Source: Paraphysomonas bandaiensis | Taxonomy: Eukaryota; Protista; Chrysophyceae | DNA length: 6,170 nt | Assembly: GCA_965644295.1 (NCBI GenBank) | Contig: CBFFRP010000286.1 | Span: 1 to 6,170 of the forward strand | Direction of reading: 5' to 3' | In this document: in pieces, positions 1 to 6,170 of the stretch | Layout of the letters: each line of letters starts with the position of its first letter | Position numbering within the stretch: position 1 is the stretch's first letter | The notes under the pieces: model-generated | Database searches by the model: none | What the model saw: only the letters and a program-made list of their open reading frames with translations | What the model was told of the DNA's origin: nothing | Translations under genes and position numbers: made by a program

Positions 1-171
1 AACATATTCTTATGAATGTTTTCTAGTTGAATATGCTTTTTTCACACTCAATAAAGTCGAACTTGCACATTTTCATGGTGTTCTGGGGGATAAGTACCAA
101 AGATGTTTCTCCGGGAAACTAAAATGAGTCGCATATATAGTCAGTAGATAATTTTCTGCCTACTCATAGCC

Positions 172-752
172 AAGTACTTGTGTAGACGTCGTTGGGTTTG
201 AAGAATAAACAGGCATCCGGGGTATTGGGCTGTCGGCTGAAGTCAAGCATCCGGGAATGGGCCCACCTAAGGGTATCCGGGGTATTGAGCTGCCTGCTGA
301 AGTCAAGCATCCGGGCTGTTTCACCTTAAGGACTCAAAACCCTGAAGTCAGCATATGTCAGGTATATCAACATTCTGCTTGCTCACTGCGTTTTCTATGA
401 GTGATAGAGCAACAGTGGTTGCACCTCGGTGCTTGTGGTGATGCACAAGCAGCTTTTGTAACGCAAAATAGTGGGATATCAGAGTTTAGCTCTAGATAGG
501 TAAACTTAAACTAAATATATATTCAGCAGATTAAATTTAGCATTGCAATTTAACTAACTAGTGCTTAACTCTGGTACCCTACTATTTAACGCTGCGAAAG
601 CTGCTTGTGCATCACCGCAAGGACCAAGGTGCAACTACTTTCACTCTCTACCCTTAAGGTGAACAGCCCGGATGCTTGACTTCAGCAGGCAGCCCAATAC
701 CCCGAATGTCTGTTCATGCGTCAAGAGCCAAAGACGTCTATACAGGTGACTT
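172..752. repeat. Long imperfect inverted repeat (foldback / MITE-like palindrome) centred near 526
   Basis: Inner arms 414-504 and 549-639 align as reverse complements without gaps at 75/91, including a perfect 20-mer (437-456 vs 597-616). Outer arms: 275-331 vs 652-707 (2 mismatches, 1 gap), 215-255 vs 667-707 (3 mismatches), 179-214 vs 708-744 (~29/37). Weaker symmetry may continue outward (e.g. tagtcag 138-144 vs ctgacta 802-808). Confidence 0.9.
215..331 (+). repeat. Two direct copies, 60-bp period, of ATCCGGGGTATTGRGCTGYCKGCTGAAGTCAAGCATCCGGG...CACC(T)TAAGG
   Basis: 215-255 and 275-315 match at 38/41. A partial third core, ctgaagtcagcat, is at 342-354 and an inverted copy at 652-707. 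Confidence 0.92.
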
Positions 753-1464
753 ATTAATGTCCCTCTTGTACCACACAAGCATTAGGCATTAGTCTATGAT
801 GCTGACTAAAATATATCTACTGTACATGATCTTTTCTATATAAGGTCGTATGAGAAATATTGGTAGTTGAGATAACATGAATTCGGCGTATGACAATGAA
901 TGAGAAGTGATATCCATTATAATTTATAATATAAGCATTGTACATTAATTTTTGTTATTTAAGTCAATATCACCTAATAATGATACTCTATTCGTGTAGC
1001 GCATAAGTATAAATATGAGTATAAGGTATGAGTATAAAGAAAGAAAATAGAGAGTGGTCAGAAACAGAAACAAGAGGGGTGAGGTCAACCAATCAATATT
1101 TTAGCTATGCTATACGGCAGGGCCTGGTTACCGTTAATGGTAATGTCATTCAAATAGAAAATAGTATAGGAACCGATTCCTCAGAAAGATGGATTGAACT
1201 ATTCAAAATGTTATTCAAGGTAGCCTAAATGACAACTGTTCGCTTGTGCTCAAACACTAGCTGGAAAAATTCATTCTAAAGATATGTCAACTCGAACTGG
1301 TTAAGAGTGAAAAGATTCTTTAAATATGCAACACAAGTGCTATTCGAAGCAATAATAAGCACATTACACGCACAAGACATCCTGCGTGATCATTTCATTT
1401 TTCACATAAACAAGGCTACAGCACAGTGCGATTGCGTTGAGTGCAGAGCTATAGATATGTGATT

Positions 1465-1970
1465 TTACGACTGAAAAGAACCATACTCTTTACTATCGAA
1501 TCCTCCTCTTCTTCCGGCAGCAATCGTTCTGGATTGTGTGTGTTCGTAGTACACCCAGTAACCAACGGAAATAACGAGTGACACTATATATAACACAGCT
1601 ACAAAGAAAAAAACATGTTAGCATAACTTGAAAATTCCATAGTGGTATGAAACACTCTCAGAATAACATCATCTATCTCGTTATATATAAACAGGAAGCA
1701 TGTGTGTGACATACCGCCAATATAGCAGTTCTCTGAGCCCTTATCCGCATCATCTACACCTTGAATATACACTCCCTGTGAATCCAGTAGAATCCCAATG
1801 ATGAACTATCATGCAATGTATTAGACTTGTATTGCATATTGCTGTGTGTGTTACCAGAAATATGATGCCAGATATCGAGTAGAAGGTGCAACACTTTGCA
1901 ACTGTTATATAGCCTGTTATGCATGAAACAGAGGAGATGATCACTTACATGTAATCGCACTGCAACACAT
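1465..1970 (-). CDS. RNASEK: V-type ATPase Vo subunit f / ribonuclease kappa (RNASEK)-like small membrane protein, 97 aa, 4 exons: complement(join(1465-1598,1715-1805,1855-1901,1949-1970))
   Basis: Exons of 22+47+91+134 = 294 nt join in phase through GT-AG introns of 47, 49 and 116 nt (donors GTAAGT, GTAACA, GTATGT). Product: MCCSAITFAKCCTFYSISGIIFLFIIGILLDSQGVYIQGVDDADKGSENCYIGAVLYIVSLVISVGYWVYYEHTQSRTIAAGRRGGFDSKEYGSFQS. Two hydrophobic helices. AKCCTFYSISGIIFL resembles yeast subunit f AWCCTVLSAFGVVIL, and NCYIGAVLY resembles animal RNASEK NCFIAAGLY (both recalled, not searched). Confidence 0.8.
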
Positions 1971-2074
1971 TATAATATGAGAGATATACAATGAAGAAGT
2001 ATGGTATGGTTTAATGTATGCAATATGAGGGAGGGTGATGCTGAGTCTGAGGAGATACTCGATGCAATGATACC

Positions 2075-2118
2075 ATACACACATACACATACATACACAC
2101 ACACATACACACACACAT
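2075..2118. repeat. Compound (AC)n/(ACAT)n microsatellite
   Basis: atacacacatacacatacatacacacacacatacacacacacat. Confidence 0.9.
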
Positions 2119-2379
2119 AATCTCTGCAGTAGCCATATGGAAGGCTTTTATCCAGGTTTTGTACCATATCGATGACTACAAAAGCGGGATTTTTATAATT
2201 TTATATCTAAATATTTTAGATTTCCTAATATTTCAGTGCTTTCTAACAGAGCTGTATTCTATTGTATATATGTATACTGGGAAGTGAGGAAAGAACACAG
2301 AGAAGGTCGAATTAGTTGGTATCTTGAAAAGACACTTTCAGTTCCTTCGAGCAGTTATATTTCTGTTAGATTCTAGATT

Positions 2380-2398
2380 TGTGTGTGTATGTGTGTAT
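2380..2398. repeat. Short (GT)n/(GTAT) microsatellite
   Basis: tgtgtgtgtatgtgtgtat; same motif as 2075-2118 in the opposite orientation. Confidence 0.7.
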
Positions 2399-2560
2399 AG
2401 TCGAGACTACAGCAGCAGTCGTCTGTGTATATATATGTACGTGCCTTATATATGGAACTATGCGTTACTCTACATGCCTGTAATGCACCGCTATGCTCAT
2501 CTATATATACACATACATTAACACACTCACAGCAATCAAACTAAACATAAAGAAATAAAA

Positions 2561-4095
2561 ATGAATGCTGTACATAGTACCCCATCAACTAAACCCAATC
2601 GTCCTCATACAGCAGGTTCATCACGTAATAAATCCCCTCGTATAAAAAGATCTTCATCACCAACAGGAAGTGAACGATCAGATCATAGTATGAACTCATA
2701 TACAAGTGCCATGTTGGAATTAAAAAATAATCGTAAAAGAGCTGAAGGCGACATGCAACTTCTGGCTAATCGCATCGCACTACTACGAGCAGAAGAACAA
2801 AAAGCGTTAAATAAAGTCAAAGAAACAAAAACCAGAGCCAAAGAAATACTGACGTATGTATACACACACTCACACCATCCCTATACACAGATATGTATAT
2901 ATAGTTCCTCTCCGTTCATATATCTCTTATATTACAGATTAAAAAAACGAAATGAAGATATGTTAAACGAGAAATTAGCTCATAATTTAGAGAGAGAGAT
3001 GGAAATTAAAGCTGTTCGTGATAAAAGTTTGAGAGCCAAAAAGAATCATGAAGACAAGATATCACGCACAAGAAAGGCGGTTGAACAGAGCCGAAGACAG
3101 CAGGTATAATGTGTATTCATGAGACAAACTCTTGTACTTATCACTGTGAATGTACCTCCAGGCCATAGAGACGATGAACATGGGCAAGAAGGTAGTAGAT
3201 GAAGCGGCCAATACCCGGCTACTAATAGAGGAACAAAACCGCAAAAGAGCACAGATAGTTAGACAGAGGTGCCATCACGATACGATAGTATATTGTAGTG
3301 TTTAGTAGCATGGTTTGGAAGAATATAACTCCATGTATAACCAAATGTCGCGTTGTATTTGAAACATTCCGTTGGGTAGTGAGTATGTGCGATGCTGTAG
3401 TATGTGCCATCAGGTGTTACGAAGCAAAATTGGTTCGATCTTGTTATTCTATGCATATCTAGGTGATATTAACACATTGATATGCTGTGTAGGAAGGAAG
3501 AGGCTTTGAGAAGGCGTGAAGCGGAGCGGCAAAGAAAAGAACGTGAAGCCAGAGAACTGTACTTGAAAAAGCAGGAAGAGGAAAACAAGCGAATGGCTGA
3601 GGCTGAAAAGGTTCGGCGTTCGTGGTGCCTGTTACTGCTCGGTCTATATTGTAGAAGGACAATCTACATATAATATATTAACTTTATGGTGCATGTTGCG
3701 TCCGTGCGTATTATATCATCAGCTTTTAGCATAGTTGTTGTTGTATATATATGTTTTTGTGTGTTCACTAATTCATTGCAATACAGGCTATTCGTAAAAT
3801 GGAAAATGAAGAGCGGGAGTTAATCGAGAGACTTAAAAAGACACAGGAGATGCAACAAAAGGTATGTAACGGTTGTTGTCGTAGGTGTAACACTTTGATG
3901 ATTGCGTATCTCATGCCCTATGTAATGATGTACCGATTCTTGTGATATGTAAATGTCTGCGATTATATGAATGGAATATGCTAAACTAAGGGTACCTGTT
4001 TGTCATTCTTAGTGCACCTGTATGTCTGATGTGGTATGTCGTTAATATGAAAACTGTAGGCGTACAATGAGCTTCAGGAGAGCCTTGAACTCTAA
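2561..4095 (+). CDS. Uncharacterised charged coiled-coil protein, 264 aa, 6 exons: join(2561-2853,2938-3103,3162-3268,3493-3610,3787-3861,4060-4095)
   Basis: Exons total 795 nt and join in phase through GT-AG introns of 84, 58, 224, 176 and 198 nt, ending at TAA 4093-4095. An S/P/R-rich disordered N-terminus is followed by an E/K/R-rich helix: ...AEGDMQLLANRIALLRAEEQKALNKVKETKTRAKEILTLKKRNE...RKEEALRRREAERQRKERE...AIRKMENEERELIERLKKTQEMQQKAYNELQESLEL. Accounts for track ORFs 2561-3109 and 3482-3673. Confidence 0.88.
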
Positions 4096-4432
4096 GTTAT
4101 GCGTTTTCATCAACTCTGCTGACATGAATGCTGACGATTGTCATTGATGTTGAGTGTACTGAGTAAATGTATCTTGTGTAATTGAAACCGCGTAGTTTGG
4201 TGTGTAGTGTTACGGAGCCGTTGTATTGAAGAGGAAATGGTTGAGGAAATGGTTTTTGAGTCTTTAATAGGTAGGAATTGATTTGTGTTACGGGAGTAGT
4301 TATATTATATTATAATCGTAATTTTGTATTCTTGGAATTTCTTTGCATTAGTGAACACACATTGTCCATTGTCGTACAGAGAAGTAAGTATCCTATATTG
4401 ACAATTGACCATTTTCAGATGATTAAGATCGT

Positions 4433-4717
4433 TGTAAGAGAAGTTTAAGTTAGTCAAACTAGATAGATTACTTTATTATGATTGCATACACAATTGTGCG
4501 TGTTGCCATGTAACACATGTCAACAACATGATAAATTATTTCGTTCATGGCAACCACTGCTCAACTTCCGTATCTTGAATCGTCATGATATAATACTTCA
4601 GTTTCACAGTTATAGCTATATATAGCACCTTTGACTATTGACTACGTATTACTGTTTTTCACATTGTATTTAACGTATTCTACAGTACTATCTTAGAGAA
4701 CCATACGTATTCCAACA
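4433..4717 (-). repeat. 3' LTR (~285 bp; alternative outer end at 4501 gives 217 bp)
   Basis: Starts TG at 4717 next to the PPT. TATA-like gctatatatagc at 4615-4626, AATAAA (minus) at 4472-4477, and an end ...CTCTTACA at 4433. An alternative CAACA end at 4501 would give a TGTTG...CAACA terminal repeat. The partner LTR is outside the window. Confidence 0.65.
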
Positions 4718-4726
4718 CTCCTCCTC
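4718..4726 (-). other. Polypurine tract (plus-strand primer site)
   Basis: Minus strand reads tt-GAGGAGGAG|TGTTGGAATACG, a typical copia PPT/LTR junction. Confidence 0.85.
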
Positions 4727-4883
4727 AATGTAGAAACGAGTAATCGTCATTATACTGCAGCTATATATATCATCTAGTCATCTTAGGATAAAACGGATGT
4801 GAAAATCTTCATAAAGATACTGTGAACATCACACTTCGCTGTAACACAGTTATGTGGGATTCTTACCCACTAAAAACACACCC

Positions 4884-6170
4884 TTAACCTCTCTTGAACC
4901 GCTTCTTCTGATTCTTCTCAACTTCATTTGAAATGCTCCTCTTTTCCCCTGTGATAGTTTCTTCATGGAGTTTAAAGAGCTTTGTAGATAACGCTTTTGT
5001 AAATATGTCGGCCGCCATATCCTTAGTCGATACATGAATCAATCTGGCTGTAGGAAACCTTCCATTTACGTGTTCTCGAACCCAGTGGTACTTTATCTGA
5101 ATATGTTTTGATCTTTTGTGGTAGACTGGATTTTCTGACAGATCTTTTGCACTCTTGCTGTCCGTGAAGAATGGGGTTGGCTTCGTCAATGCGAGTCCTA
5201 GCTCTCGTAACACCCCCCGTAGCCACACCAGTTCTTGCATGGCCGCATATTCAGCCATATACTCGGACTCCATACTGGAAGTTGCAACTGTAGTCTGCAG
5301 TTTGGACTGCCATGCGATTGCTCCAGCACATAAGAATACAATATAACCGGTAGTTGAACGTCTCGTTAGTATATCACCTGCCCAGTCCGCATCACTAAAT
5401 ACATGTAAATCAAACTTACTCCCACTGAATTTGATTCCTTTGCTGGTGGTGCCTCTCAAATATTTCAATAAATGAATAGCTAAACGACACGATGCGTATG
5501 TAGGATTACTGCTGTTTCTCGATAGTAGTCCGATTGCATAGGCGAGGTCTGGTCTTGTGTGGAGTGCGAGATACAGGATTGCTCCAATAATACTACGATA
5601 TACGGAAATTTTGAGACCCAGTCCTCCTGTTCTGATGTAAGTTCCCGTTCTGCAGCTAGTAGTTCTTGTGCATTTGATGGCAACGGAGCTTCCTTATTCT
5701 TTCTACTGTTCCCCATGACATATTTGAACTTCTGAATCACTTTCTCCGCATACTTTGATTGATCTAGTTTGAACCAGTCTTCGCCTCTCGTGATTCGGAT
5801 ATTAAGGAAACTCTGGCACTCTCCCATGTCCCTCATCTCAAACGTTTGGCAGAACTTGTTCTTGACAAAAACAAGGAATTCAAAATCCACAGATGCGATT
5901 ATGATAATATCATCTACATACAGGAGTAATAACGTAAGTCTGCCTCTAGGTGCCAACGATAATATAAGCAGGTATCTAACACGCATGATCTAATCTGCAT
6001 TGACTTTTTATGAATTTATCGGTGAGGCTCGTAAACCATATAGTGCTTTGATGAGTTTAAAACACCATCCATTGCTGAGCTCCTCATCTGGAGGTGGGTA
6101 CATGTAGACATCTTCATCTAAGTTCGCATAACAAAATGCAGAACTGACATCAAGCTATACAGTGGTGAGG
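4884..6170 (-). pseudogene. pol: Disrupted copia pol (reverse transcriptase + RNase H)
   Basis: Motifs *LDVSSAF, EDVYM, KLIKALYGL, LLLYVDD (YVDD 5909-5920), FEMRDMG, DQSKY, TRPDLAYA, FSDADWAGD, RRSTTGY, SSMESEYMA, NPVYHKRSKHI, ADIFTKAL. Lesions: TAG at 6155-6157 where Q of QLDV is expected, a short deletion plus frameshifts at ~5945-6022, and a +2 insertion at ~5598. Confidence 0.92.

Larger units (their letters stand above)
1971..2560. promoter_or_regulatory. Divergent intergenic region (5' UTRs and probable bidirectional promoter)
   Basis: 590 bp between the ATG at 1970 (-) and the ATG at 2561 (+). Both promoters are inferred to lie here; TSSs cannot be determined from sequence. Confidence 0.5.
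4433..6170 (-). mobile_element. Ty1/copia LTR retrotransposon, 3' portion (continues beyond the window's right edge)
   Basis: Minus-strand order RT -> RNase H -> stop (4884) -> ~157-nt spacer -> PPT -> LTR starting TGTTGG. RNase H is terminal with no downstream integrase, which is the copia order. Confidence 0.93.

Noticed and set aside
215-354. CRISPR-like repeat-spacer array
   Set aside because: Only two full direct units, the intervening sequences are related to each other, a third copy is inverted, there are no cas genes and the context is eukaryotic.
209-400. Open frame through the 60-bp repeats (GIRGIGLSAEVKHPG.../GIRGIELPAEVKHPG...)
   Set aside because: Bounded by an upstream TAA, only ~47 codons from the first ATG, no recognisable domain; explained by a unit length divisible by 3.
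1028-1228. 66-aa plus-strand ORF
   Set aside because: No recognisable motif or supporting splice structure, and its ATG lies in a small tandem duplication (tatgagtataa x2). Cannot be excluded but is unsupported.
2205-2221. ATCTAAA-tat-TTTAGAT hairpin in the intergenic region
   Set aside because: A 7-bp AT-rich stem is expected by chance at this base composition.
1750-2521. Track ORFs 1750-1944, 1754-1960, 1970-2167 and 2324-2521
   Set aside because: These are intron read-throughs or alternative frames of the subunit-f-like gene, or translations of microsatellites (VCVYVCV).
2683-3662. Six short minus-strand ORFs
   Set aside because: Antisense shadows of the coiled-coil gene's exons and introns.
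4231-4254. GAGGAAATGGTT x2 tandem duplication in the 3' region
   Set aside because: Ordinary slippage-type duplication.
4502-4514. X-box (RFX)-like GTTGCCATGTAAC near a possibly ciliary gene
   Set aside because: Imperfect match, downstream of the gene and inside an LTR, with no evidence that the host has RFX.
4850-5993. Short ORFs 4850-5035, 5023-5226, 5155-5346 and 5769-5993 (possible env-like or antisense genes)
   Set aside because: Alternative frames or antisense of pol with no independent features.

Overview
AT-rich eukaryotic (probably protist) genomic DNA with short GT-AG introns, read with the standard genetic code. From left to right: (1) a ~580-bp imperfect foldback palindrome (172-752) whose left arm carries an extra 57-bp copy that resembles the opposite arm; (2) a four-exon minus-strand gene (1970->1465), absent from the ORF track, encoding a 97-aa two-TM protein resembling V-ATPase Vo subunit f / RNASEK; (3) head-to-head with it, a six-exon plus-strand gene (2561-4095) for a 264-aa charged coiled-coil protein of unknown function; (4) the 3' part of a decayed Ty1/copia LTR retrotransposon on the minus strand (RT with YVDD, RNase H, polypurine tract, 3' LTR), with a bipartite-NLS-like tail on RNase H. 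Gene models were spliced by hand and family calls come from motif recognition, not database searches. No clearly novel multi-gene system is demonstrable; the hidden subunit-f gene and the foldback element are the best leads.
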